Both the position numbers and the translations under genes were made by a program. From positions 1-29,606 of the IMG/VR virus record IMGVR_UViG_3300049999_000407: a DNA stretch of 29,606 nt. One strand, written 5' to 3'. Of the stretch, positions 7,849-15,873 are shown in pieces. The notes beneath the pieces are model-generated. The model did no database searches, was not told where the DNA came from, and saw nothing but the letters and a program-made list of their open reading frames with translations. Source of the DNA: a virus (lineage: Duplodnaviria > Caudoviricetes). Position 1 is the first letter of the stretch, and the number at the start of each line of letters is the position of its first letter.

Positions 7849-8151
7849 ATGAAAATAAAAGATCTCAGGTTAGGTTGGGCCCACGCTGTAGAATTGCGGC
7901 AAATGCAGTCAACTATAAACGTAGAAGAAAGTGTGTACCTCAACGACACTGAGTTATCCGTCTTATGTTTTATATCGTACGCAAACGGAAGGGCTTGCGT
8001 AACCGGTATCGTGGAGCACCCTCACTTTTCTTTTTTATCACGGTCTACAGTAAAACGAGCTGTAGCTAAACTACTAAGAGAGAAACTTATTCAGGCTTTA
8101 GATAGTTCTAACGACAGGCGCGAGAGGTTGCTTTCTATAAAAGAGGAGTAG
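7849..8151 (+). CDS. MarR-family winged-helix transcriptional regulator
   Basis: LNDTELSVL helix, HTH LSRSTVKRAVAKL, wing motif DRRERLL. Confidence 0.8.
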   Translation: MKIKDLRLGWAHAVELRQMQSTINVEESVYLNDTELSVLCFISYANGRACVTGIVEHPHFSFLSRSTVKRAVAKLLREKLIQALDSSNDRRERLLSIKEE

Positions 8152-8158
8152 CACATAT

Positions 8159-8443
8159 ATGAACCCCAAGGAAGAGCAGTTGATGATGTTGAAATTAATA
8201 TTAACAACCCGTGAGAAACAAATATTGTCTTTAAGGTTCGGGTTCGACGCGGAGGCTCCAATGACTTTAGCAGAAGTAGGTAAAATGTTAAACATGAGTT
8301 ACCAGGATGTCCGTGTTATTCAAGTCCAAGCCTTAGATAAGCTCAGTAAGCACCCTCGGGTGCAACACCTTCGGGATTACTTATCAAAGGACTACGTAGC
8401 ACAACCCGACTCCGCACCGGAAACACCGGAAACACCGGAATGA
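8159..8443 (+). CDS. Stand-alone sigma70 region-4 domain protein
   Basis: LTTREKQILSLRFGF...MTLAEVGKML...ALDKLSKHPRVQHLRDYL aligns with the RpoD C-terminus; no region 2. Confidence 0.85.
   Translation: MNPKEEQLMMLKLILTTREKQILSLRFGFDAEAPMTLAEVGKMLNMSYQDVRVIQVQALDKLSKHPRVQHLRDYLSKDYVAQPDSAPETPETPE
8415..8440 (+). repeat. 9-bp tandem repeat CACCGGAAA x ~3 (encodes PETPETPE)
   Basis: CACCGGAAA CACCGGAAA CACCGGAA, ending at the TGA/ATG overlap. Confidence 0.9.
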
Positions 8444-8589
8444 GCGCGTGGTTCTGCAATACGATAGACGGGGAAAAGAGGTGTATGGAGTGGGAGGAGT
8501 ACAAAGAAAACGGGTGGGATGATAGTAAAAGTTTCCCTGTTGAGTACGACACCGGTTACATACTTAAGAAGAAAGAGGAGGAAGAATGA
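8440..8589 (+). CDS. Small protein, 49 aa (MSAWFCNTIDGEKRCMEWEEYKENGWDDSKSFPVEYDTGYILKKKEEEE); not in ORF track
   Basis: ATGA overlaps at both ends (with the sigma4 stop and the polymerase start). Confidence 0.7.
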   Translation: MSAWFCNTIDGEKRCMEWEEYKENGWDDSKSFPVEYDTGYILKKKEEEE

Positions 8590-10505
8590 AAACCTGTGTA
8601 GTGGATTTGGAAACGTTCTGGGATGTGGGGCACTCACTAACTAAAATGTCCCCTATTGCGTACTGTATGCACCCGGACACAGAGATAATAAGTTGCGCAT
8701 TTAAGTTCGGTACTGAGGAAACCGAGGTTGTCTTTGGGGAAGACAAAGTAAAAGATTACTGTGCCGGTATTGATTGGACGCAGTACTGGGTTATCGGGCA
8801 TAACCTATCAGGGTTTGACTCAATGATCTTGTCGTGGCGCTTAGGAATTAAACCTAAGATGTGGGGTTGCACCCTAGCTATGGCAAGACCGATACACGCC
8901 AAAGATGTTGGGGGATCTCTGGCTAAGCTAGTTAAGCATTACAAAATAGGTTTTAAAGATAACTCTGCGCTACTCAAAACTAAAGGGAGACACCTTAAAG
9001 ACTTTACTGAGGAAGAAGTTGAAGGTATGAGGGTGTACAACAAAGAGGATGTAGACCAATGTTACAAACTGTTTACACGACTCATACCTCAGACAAAGAA
9101 GAGTGAGGCACGCCTTATAGATATAACCATAAGATCTTTAGTAGAACCTCATTTCGAGTGTGATATGGATCTACTGAATAACACCTTGGTAGAGGAAGGT
9201 ATCCGTAAGAAAGCACTACTGATAGATGCGGCTAGAAAGATGGACGTATACGAACCTGGGATGGACGACGATGAAGCCGCTGAAGCTGTGCTGAGGTTAC
9301 TCTCTTCCGCGCCTAAGTTTGCTAAGTTCCTAAAGAACCTAGGGGTAGATGTTCCAACGAAAGTATCACCGCGAACGGGGAAAGACATACCCGCCCTAGC
9401 TAAAACCGATGAGGACTTTATAGCACTGCAAGAACATGAAAACCCATTGGTAGCAACTGCGGCTAACGCCCGCCTCGATGCAAAAAGCACCCTACTCCAG
9501 ACACGAATAGTTGCGTTCCTTGCCGCCGCTAACGCACACCCAGAAAAGAAAGTCCCGATACCGTTGAAGTACTACGGAGCGGACACGACAGGACGGTGGT
9601 CGGGATGGGCGTACAACCCACAAAATCTTCCTCGCATTAACCCGTACTTCCCCAAACCATCAGATGCACTGAGAAAGTCTTTAGTCGCCCCCAAAGGATA
9701 TAAAGTCGTAGTGGCAGATTTGTCAGGTATTGAGCTACGAGTTAACCATTTCTTGTGGAAAGTATCATCTAGCATGTCCCTATTCGAGGAAGATACAGCA
9801 AAAGCTGATCTGTATAAGGACTTTGCTAGTGTATTATATGAAGTACCATTTGAGGACGTAACGAAGGAGCAACGCCAAGTTGGAAAAGTATCTCACTTAG
9901 GTCTGGGATTCGGAGCGGGTTACATAACGTTTCAAAAAGTTGCGAAGCTCATGGGAGGGGTTAATATTGATCTGGACGAGTCGAAAGATATTGTTGACGC
10001 GTGGCGCACGGCGTACCCTGAGATTACTACGGGGTGGAGAACCTGCCACGACGCGCTACGTACCATATTGAGGGGAGCAACCGGAGGTGCTGTTGACCCG
10101 TGGGGCATGGTATACCCGATACCCGAAGGGCTCCAAACCCCTAAAGGAATTATCAGATACCCAAACCTACGAACAGAAGCAAACGAGGAGACAGGGAGAA
10201 CTGAATTTGTTTATGGGCATGGGCGCAACAAAGCTAGGATTTACGCGGGGAAGATAGTTGAGAACATCGTTCAGCATTTGGCTAGATGTGTAATTGCCGA
10301 CAACGCGTTAGAGGTTCAGCGTGTATCACGACTCATACCCGCTCTAATGGTTCACGATGAGCTTGTCTACGTGGTGCCTGAAGCAGAAGCGGAAACAACA
10401 CTGGCGCTAGTCCAAGGCATAATGCGTACGCCCCCTGCTTGGTGGCCTGAGCTGTTAACTTGGAGCGAGGGAGACATAGCAAATACGTACGGTGATGCGA
10501 AATAA
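8586..10505 (+). CDS. Phage family A DNA polymerase with 3'-5' exonuclease
   Basis: ExoI VDLET, ExoII HNLSGFD, TTGRWS, motif A ADLSGIELR, motif B RQVGKVSHLGLGFG, motif C VHDE. Confidence 0.95.
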   Translation: MKTCVVDLETFWDVGHSLTKMSPIAYCMHPDTEIISCAFKFGTEETEVVFGEDKVKDYCAGIDWTQYWVIGHNLSGFDSMILSWRLGIKPKMWGCTLAMARPIHAKDVGGSLAKLVKHYKIGFKDNSALLKTKGRHLKDFTEEEVEGMRVYNKEDVDQCYKLFTRLIPQTKKSEARLIDITIRSLVEPHFECDMDLLNNTLVEEGIRKKALLIDAARKMDVYEPGMDDDEAAEAVLRLLSSAPKFAKFLKNLGVDVPTKVSPRTGKDIPALAKTDEDFIALQEHENPLVATAANARLDAKSTLLQTRIVAFLAAANAHPEKKVPIPLKYYGADTTGRWSGWAYNPQNLPRINPYFPKPSDALRKSLVAPKGYKVVVADLSGIELRVNHFLWKVSSSMSLFEEDTAKADLYKDFASVLYEVPFEDVTKEQRQVGKVSHLGLGFGAGYITFQKVAKLMGGVNIDLDESKDIVDAWRTAYPEITTGWRTCHDALRTILRGATGGAVDPWGMVYPIPEGLQTPKGIIRYPNLRTEANEETGRTEFVYGHGRNKARIYAGKIVENIVQHLARCVIADNALEVQRVSRLIPALMVHDELVYVVPEAEAETTLALVQGIMRTPPAWWPELLTWSEGDIANTYGDAK

Positions 10506-10554
10506 ACACTACACAGGGTTCGTAAAATGGGGCATAATAAAACCTGTCTATTAC

Positions 10555-10580
10555 CACATGTGTGCACGTGTAGGCACATA
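10555..10580 (+). promoter_or_regulatory. Candidate operator CATGTGTGCACGT with CACRTR repeated at 10-bp spacing
   Basis: CACATG (10555), CACGTG (10565), CACATA (10575) in the polymerase-nuclease spacer. Confidence 0.45.
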
Positions 10581-10609
10581 CAAATCAACAACGGGAGAAG
10601 ATTACCAAA

Positions 10610-11275
10610 ATGGAGTTAACAAAACCATGGAGTTATTCCGCACTAAACGCGTTTGAAACTTGTCCGCGTCGATACCAATTAACGCGAGTTACTAAGGAGG
10701 CTAGAGAGAAACAAACGGAAGCTACCCTATGGGGAAACCGTGTTCATAAAGCGTTAGAAAATTTTGCTAAAGGAGAAAAGGCGCTCCCTAAAGAACTGAA
10801 AAAGTATGAAAGGTACGTCACTAAAATATTATCGTACGAAGGGAAACGTGTAATAGAAACACGAATGGCAATTAACAATAATTTCCGCCCTACCAAATGG
10901 ATGGCTAAGGATGTATGGTGCAGGGGGATAATAGATATAGGCGTAGTCGGGTCAGATACAGCGTATCTATTGGACTGGAAAACAGGAAAACGAAAACCGG
11001 ATTCAGACCAACTGAAACTATTTGCTGTGTTAGCATTCGCGCACTACCCGTGGATAGAAAAAGTTACCACGGGCTTTATATGGTTAAAGGATTCTAAGTT
11101 TGACAAGGAGGTGTTCACGCGTGACCAAATTATGGGGATATGGGAAGAATTTTTACCGCGCCTCCAACGACTTGAAACAGCGTTTGAAGATGACAAATGG
11201 CAACCGAAACCTTCAGGGCTATGCAAGAACTGGTGCCCCGTAGGGTCTAAGTTGTGTGAATTTTGCGGCGTGTAA
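10610..11275 (+). CDS. Cas4/AddB-like PD-(D/E)xK exonuclease
   Basis: SYSAL...CPRRY, GNRVH, GIIDI, LLDWKTG, QLKLF and C-terminal CKNWC...C (Fe-S staple-type cysteines). Confidence 0.9.
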   Translation: MELTKPWSYSALNAFETCPRRYQLTRVTKEAREKQTEATLWGNRVHKALENFAKGEKALPKELKKYERYVTKILSYEGKRVIETRMAINNNFRPTKWMAKDVWCRGIIDIGVVGSDTAYLLDWKTGKRKPDSDQLKLFAVLAFAHYPWIEKVTTGFIWLKDSKFDKEVFTRDQIMGIWEEFLPRLQRLETAFEDDKWQPKPSGLCKNWCPVGSKLCEFCGV

Positions 11276-11287
11276 AAGGAGTAACTT

Positions 11288-11455
11288 GTGAAAGAACTTA
11301 AAGACTTAACGGACGAAAATTTAATCCGGTATGCAGTAATGAAAGATGAGCTAACGCCGCTTGAGTTAGAACTTCTACTGAGGCTAGAAGAGCACTTAGA
11401 CCAGATCCTAGTTTTGCTAGACCCGGATGAAGAAATCCCGAAACTATTAAATTAA
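11288..11455 (+). CDS. Small Leu/Glu-rich protein, 55 aa (MKELKDLTDENLIRYAVMKDELTPLELELLLRLEEHLDQILVLLDPDEEIPKLLN); not in ORF track
   Basis: AAAGGAG SD before GTG; fills the gap between two genes. Confidence 0.75.
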   Translation: MKELKDLTDENLIRYAVMKDELTPLELELLLRLEEHLDQILVLLDPDEEIPKLLN

Positions 11456-11458
11456 ATT

Positions 11459-11809
11459 ATGGCAAATACACCCGAAGGGAAAGTAAAAAAGAAGGTAAAA
11501 GAATATCTTAAATCTATAGGGGCATGGTACTACATGCCTGTTTCTAACGGTATGGGGCGTGTAGGGTGCCCTGATATCCTCGTTTGCTACCAAGGGCTTT
11601 TCATGGCGTTTGAAACGAAAGCCCCGGGGAAAATAAAGAATACAACAGCTAACCAAGATCGTGAGATCGCTGATATCAAACGTGCTAACGGGTTAGCAGT
11701 TGTTGTTGATGACGTTGAACAGGTCAAGGAGATAATCAATGCCCAAATCATCGAAGCAGGAATTGGAAACAAAAGCAAAATACAACAAGAAGAAGAAGGT
11801 TCAGGATAA
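11459..11809 (+). CDS. VRR-NUC domain nuclease (putative Holliday junction resolvase)
   Basis: TPEGKVK, GCPDI, AFETKAP, NQ...I...G motifs. Confidence 0.9.
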   Translation: MANTPEGKVKKKVKEYLKSIGAWYYMPVSNGMGRVGCPDILVCYQGLFMAFETKAPGKIKNTTANQDREIADIKRANGLAVVVDDVEQVKEIINAQIIEAGIGNKSKIQQEEEGSG

Positions 11810-12008
11810 TAGAGTAAAACAAAACAAAGCAAGGCGCCACGCTGAAGACAAAGGTTTAGTTAAAAAAGGTGACGGGAAAGACGTTCACCATAAGGTTCCT
11901 TTAGCGAAAGGCGGTAGCGATAAAGATTCTAATACTAAGGTAGTAAGTCGTAAAACAAACCGAGGTTGGAGGAAGAAAAATCCAGAGATGTATAAAGGGA
12001 GGAAGTAG
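11739..12008 (+). CDS. Small basic HNH-like protein
   Basis: DVHHKVPLAKGGS...N...SRKTNRG; AAGGAG SD inside the VRR-NUC gene. Confidence 0.75.
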   Translation: MPKSSKQELETKAKYNKKKKVQDNRVKQNKARRHAEDKGLVKKGDGKDVHHKVPLAKGGSDKDSNTKVVSRKTNRGWRKKNPEMYKGRK

Positions 12009-12133
12009 TGACTGTGGTAAGGGTTTTAGTGGCGCTACTCTTAGCGCCTTGGCTAGTTTTACTAGCCTGCACTGTAGCAATTATTCAATTAATCGATGGT
12101 ACTTTTTGGGAAGGAGGTAGTAGGGATGAGTAA
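12008..12133 (+). CDS. Small membrane protein, 41 aa (MTVVRVLVALLLAPWLVLLACTVAIIQLIDGTFWEGGSRDE); not in ORF track
   Basis: GGAGG SD, TAG/GTG overlap, single long hydrophobic segment; overlaps the next ATG. Confidence 0.6.
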   Translation: MTVVRVLVALLLAPWLVLLACTVAIIQLIDGTFWEGGSRDE

Positions 12134-12473
12134 TCCGGTTAGGATTAGAAAAAAGAGTGCCTATGATGAGGCGTTGGAGCGCATAAATTCGCCGTCACAT
12201 TATACGAATGGTAGAGTCGAATGTATCGAGGCAATTGAGGCTTCGATGAGCCGGGAACAGTTCATTGGATTCTTAAAAGGGAACGTTGAAAAGTACCTTT
12301 GGCGGTTCGACACGAAGGGCATAAAAGACACGATGAGCGAGGACGAGAAAATGCTAGTTCGGTATGAGAATTTAGGCAAAGGTGAGTTCTATTTAAAGCG
12401 ACTAATGTCGGCGCACACACCGAGCGGAATCGGTGTTCCTCAGTATGAAGAAATGGAGATGCAGAATGATTGA
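12126..12473 (+). CDS. DUF3310 protein (T7 gp1.7 nucleotide-kinase-like family)
   Basis: INSPSHYT...ECIEAI...GFLKGNVEKYLWR...ENLGKGEFYL; GGAGG SD favours start 12126. Confidence 0.85.
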   Translation: MSNPVRIRKKSAYDEALERINSPSHYTNGRVECIEAIEASMSREQFIGFLKGNVEKYLWRFDTKGIKDTMSEDEKMLVRYENLGKGEFYLKRLMSAHTPSGIGVPQYEEMEMQND

Positions 12474-12678
12474 ATGGTTGAATCGTTGGATAAACCCACC
12501 TGTTAATGAATGTGTCCATAAAGGTGTGGGCTATAAGCATAGGGAGGAAAATAAGTGTTGGTGTGGCGCTGGGTTGGTCACGTTCTATAGTTTGAAGAAT
12601 AGGCAGTGTGTTGATTTGGTAAAATGCGGAAGGGTTTACGACCTCTATGATGGGGTTGAGATTAGGCACCAACGATAG
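12466..12678 (+). CDS. Small Cys-rich hypothetical protein
   Basis: GGAG SD before ATG 12466; CxH, CWC and C-x5-C cysteines. Confidence 0.6.
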   Translation: MIEWLNRWINPPVNECVHKGVGYKHREENKCWCGAGLVTFYSLKNRQCVDLVKCGRVYDLYDGVEIRHQR

Positions 12679-12697
12679 ACTAACCGGAGAAATACCT

Positions 12698-14269
12698 ATG
12701 ATGATATGGGCTTCTAAGGGGGTAGTGCTATTTAAGCTAAAGAACTCTGAACGGATACTTAACATTATCCCTACAGCAAGGGCGTTTAAAGTAAAAGGTA
12801 AAGTACTTACCGCAGTCCCCCACAAAATAGATGAGACCAAAGTGCTAAGGGCTTTAGGGTATAACGTCCCCTCCCCCATAAGGCACTACTATAAATGGCC
12901 CGGAAGGTTTAAACCTTTCGACGCGCAAAGAGAAGCGGCGGCGTTTTTATCCATGTACGACAGGGCTTTCAATTTAAGTGAGCTAGGCACAGGAAAATCG
13001 TTAGCGTCCCTATGGGCGTACGACTATTTAAAAGGTGTAGGCAAACTCAACAAAGCCCTGATTATATCTCCGCTCTCTACACTGGAACGTACTTGGGCAG
13101 ATGAGATATTTAACCACTTTCCGCACTTAACTTTTGCGGTGCTTTACGGTACTAGAGCAAAACGAATCAAGCTACTCAAACAAGATGTAGACATTTACAT
13201 AATCAACCATGATGGCGCAGGTATTATCGAAGAGGACTTACGCTCTAGGGATGATATTGATTTGGTAGTAGTCGACGAAATAGCTCAGTGTGCTCGTAAC
13301 GCAAGTACGGACAGATGGAAAATAATTAATAAAATAGTAAACAAGCATAAGCAAAAACGTTCTTGTTGGGGCATGTCAGGAACTCCTACTCCAAACGCTC
13401 CTACAGATGCTTGGGCACAGTGCCGCCTAATCTCTCCCGATAAAGTCCCTCCTTATTTTAACCGCTTCAAAATGCAGGTCATGAGGCAGGTAAGTCAGTT
13501 CTCTTGGATTCCTAAAAGCGGCGCAACTGAGATAGTTCAGGCTGTTATGCAACCGGCGATAAGATTCACCCGAGACGAGTGCTTAGATCTGCCTCCCCTA
13601 ATGTTTGAGTCCCGAGAGGTGCCGCTTACTAAAGAGCAGAACAAAGCGTACAAAGAAATGCTTACAAAGCTACGAACAGAAGCTGAGGACGGTGAGATAA
13701 CGGCTGTAAATGAAGCAGTGAAACTGGGTAAACTTATCCAGATTGCCTGTGGAGTTATTTATTCTAACAACGGGGACGAAGTTCACATTCCATCTTCGCC
13801 TAGGGTGCAAGAGACTAAAGACATTATTAATGCCGCCGAGGGTAAGGTTATTGTATTCGTGCCCTTCGTGTCTGCGGTGAAGATGGTAGCTGAAGAACTG
13901 AGTAAGGAGTTCGCTGTTGAAGTTATATATGGAAAAGTTAAGAAAGACGAGCGTGACCGTATATTTAAATCCTTCCAAAAAGGGAAAGACCCTAAGGTTT
14001 TAGTCGCTCAACCGGCGGCTATGTCCCACGGGCTTACGTTAACTGCGGCGAGTACCATTGTGTGGTACTCATGTGTCACGTCTAACGAGGTATTTGAACA
14101 AGCCAATGGTCGCATAAACAGACCGGGACAAAAAATGAACAACTTTATAATCACATTGGAGGGAACAAAAGTAGAGAAACGTATATATAAACGCCTCAAA
14201 AACAAACAGAAAATGCAGGGAGCACTTTTGGACGAAGTTAAAGCTAGAAGGGTAGCAGTAATGGCTTGA
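12698..14269 (+). CDS. SNF2-like SF2 helicase
   Basis: Motif I ELGTGKS, II VVDEIA, III SGTP, V HGLTLT, VI QANGRINRPGQ; GGAG SD before ATG 12698. Confidence 0.92.
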   Translation: MMIWASKGVVLFKLKNSERILNIIPTARAFKVKGKVLTAVPHKIDETKVLRALGYNVPSPIRHYYKWPGRFKPFDAQREAAAFLSMYDRAFNLSELGTGKSLASLWAYDYLKGVGKLNKALIISPLSTLERTWADEIFNHFPHLTFAVLYGTRAKRIKLLKQDVDIYIINHDGAGIIEEDLRSRDDIDLVVVDEIAQCARNASTDRWKIINKIVNKHKQKRSCWGMSGTPTPNAPTDAWAQCRLISPDKVPPYFNRFKMQVMRQVSQFSWIPKSGATEIVQAVMQPAIRFTRDECLDLPPLMFESREVPLTKEQNKAYKEMLTKLRTEAEDGEITAVNEAVKLGKLIQIACGVIYSNNGDEVHIPSSPRVQETKDIINAAEGKVIVFVPFVSAVKMVAEELSKEFAVEVIYGKVKKDERDRIFKSFQKGKDPKVLVAQPAAMSHGLTLTAASTIVWYSCVTSNEVFEQANGRINRPGQKMNNFIITLEGTKVEKRIYKRLKNKQKMQGALLDEVKARRVAVMA

Positions 14270-14294
14270 CGAACAAACGTATCCGTAGTAATCT
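14266..14294 (+). promoter_or_regulatory. Sigma70-type promoter TTGACG-N17-TAATCT
   Basis: -35 at 14266-14271, 17-bp spacer, -10 at 14289-14294; followed by motif CATGTACACACAT (14300-14312). Confidence 0.7.
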
Positions 14295-14331
14295 GTTAGC
14301 ATGTACACACATATGAGAGGACTAGAACACT

Positions 14332-14529
14332 ATGAATTTACTTAAACCTGAGGAGGTTTCGGCAAAATTAGGAATCACCAAGGCGGCGTTAACCGCCCTA
14401 CGTAGAAGAGAAGATAGCTTCCCACCACCTGTTAGAGTTTCTCAGAAAGTTCTTAGGTGGGACGAAGTTGATGTTAATGATTGGCTAAAGAGCCGAAAGG
14501 AGGTAAGTGTTGAAGATAACAGATCTTGA
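14332..14529 (+). CDS. AlpA/excisionase-like HTH DNA-binding protein
   Basis: LLKPEEVSAKLGI...FPPPVRV...RWDEVDVNDWL pattern. Confidence 0.85.
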   Translation: MNLLKPEEVSAKLGITKAALTALRRREDSFPPPVRVSQKVLRWDEVDVNDWLKSRKEVSVEDNRS

Positions 14530-14908
14530 TGACGCGTCTCTGCTGAAAACGTTCATTGGGCTCCGAGATAGGCGGTCTCGTCGGAAAGTAGACTACCAAC
14601 TAGAGGACTCGGGGGACAAGGGTAAACAGGATCGCATAGAAGAAGAATTCCTAAAACGTTTTAACGAACGAGGGATAGATAACGTATCTACTAAGGGTGT
14701 CGGCACAGCGTACAAAACAATTCGCACATCAGCGAGTGTAGCTGATTGGGATGTTCTATTTGAGTTTGTCCAAGCAGAAGGCGCTTGGGAAATGTTAGAA
14801 CGCCGTGTCAACAAAACCGCAGTAGAACAATTCAAAGCTGTTAACGAAGATCTCCCGCCAGGTATCAACTGGAGCGAGACGCAAGTTATTAATTTTAGAC
14901 GTAAATAG
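14507..14908 (+). CDS. Conserved phage replication-region protein
   Basis: AAGGAGG SD; coiled N-terminus, VADWD...LERRV...LPPGI motifs. Confidence 0.8.
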   Translation: MLKITDLDDASLLKTFIGLRDRRSRRKVDYQLEDSGDKGKQDRIEEEFLKRFNERGIDNVSTKGVGTAYKTIRTSASVADWDVLFEFVQAEGAWEMLERRVNKTAVEQFKAVNEDLPPGINWSETQVINFRRK

Positions 14909-14917
14909 AGGTGGTAC

Positions 14918-15802
14918 ATGAGCGACTTAATCGCGCAAGATTTAACAATCCCTGATCACTTACAGGGTAAGGCCCAAAGCACTAACTTTTTCGCAGCAGC
15001 GGGAGGATCGGCAGGATTCCCTGCTATCTCCATCAAAGGAAAAGCCTTTAGTGTTAAACGAGGTGGGGAAGTTAAGTTAATACTAAAACCAGGGCCAGAG
15101 AAAGAACCGGCTACTGTCTTAGAGCTGATAGTTTTAGCAGTTAACCCTAAAAAATCCAAGACATACTACGAAGTAGCATACACGCAAGGGTCTAACAGGG
15201 CGCCCGACTGTTCGTCAGACGATGGAGTATCCCCGTCAACACAAGCTACTTCCCCCCAATCTAAAAAATGCGCTATATGCCCCCAAAACCAATGGGGTAG
15301 TGGGAGGGACGGTAAAGGCACCAAATGCGGAGACTCTATGAGACTAGCTGTAGCTACGCCGGACCTAATAAAAGACCCTATGTTACTTAGAGTCCCTGCG
15401 GACTCACTAAAGACCCTAGGTAAGTACGGCAAAGCTCTATCGCTTAGAGGGTTTCAACCCAACCACGTGATAACTAAAATCGGGTTTGACTACGCGAAAG
15501 AATACCCTTCCCTTACCTTTAACATGAAGGATTTCGTTGGAGCCGCTGAGTACGCAGATGTGGAGAAGATGTTATCCGAGGGGAAAGAACTCCTAGGTCA
15601 GATCACGGGAGAAATTGAGGGCCAATTCAGCACAACGGATTTCGTTGCAGACGCGGGCACCCCTAAGAAATCTCCTGCACTAAAGGAAGCCGAAGCCACC
15701 CCTAAAGTGAAAGTTGAAGGGCCCAAACCTAAAAGCGTTAAATCTGTTGAAGAGTTCGACGATATAGACGAAGCCTTAGATAACTTAGATTTCGACGACT
15801 AA
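14918..15802 (+). CDS. Putative single-stranded DNA-binding protein with Cys4 metal site
   Basis: Acidic aromatic tail EEFDDIDEALDNLDFDD; C..CxxC..C (PDC, CAICPQN, KC); lies upstream of the primase. Confidence 0.6.
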   Translation: MSDLIAQDLTIPDHLQGKAQSTNFFAAAGGSAGFPAISIKGKAFSVKRGGEVKLILKPGPEKEPATVLELIVLAVNPKKSKTYYEVAYTQGSNRAPDCSSDDGVSPSTQATSPQSKKCAICPQNQWGSGRDGKGTKCGDSMRLAVATPDLIKDPMLLRVPADSLKTLGKYGKALSLRGFQPNHVITKIGFDYAKEYPSLTFNMKDFVGAAEYADVEKMLSEGKELLGQITGEIEGQFSTTDFVADAGTPKKSPALKEAEATPKVKVEGPKPKSVKSVEEFDDIDEALDNLDFDD

Positions 15803-15812
15803 TTACAAACCT

Positions 15813-15842
15813 CATTACGGGAGGGTTTTCTCTCCCGTAGTG
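15813..15842 (+). terminator. 13-bp hairpin (two G-U pairs); probable leaky intrinsic terminator or processing site
   Basis: CATTACGGGAGGG-TTTT-CTCTCCCGTAGTG followed by a weak T-tract TTATCGTGTT. Confidence 0.6.
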
Positions 15843-15873
15843 TTATCGTGTTAACAGAAATTTAGGTGGGCGT

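Noticed and set aside
10510-10538. Possible promoter TACACA-N17-CATAAT
   Set aside because: Poor -35 and no extended -10 TG; too weak to call
10610-11275. Cas4-like nuclease as evidence of a CRISPR-Cas system
   Set aside because: No repeat-spacer array or other cas genes; solo Cas4-like nucleases are common in phage replication modules
12262-12879. 205-aa minus-strand ORF
   Set aside because: It is antisense to three well-supported + genes and has no recognisable motif; shadow ORF
13270-13290. Helicase motif II reads DEIA instead of DExH
   Set aside because: The catalytic DE and all other motifs are intact; not evidence of inactivation
14332-14529. AlpA/Xis-like gene as proof of a prophage
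   Set aside because: No integrase, att site or host genes in the window; such HTH genes also occur in replication modules
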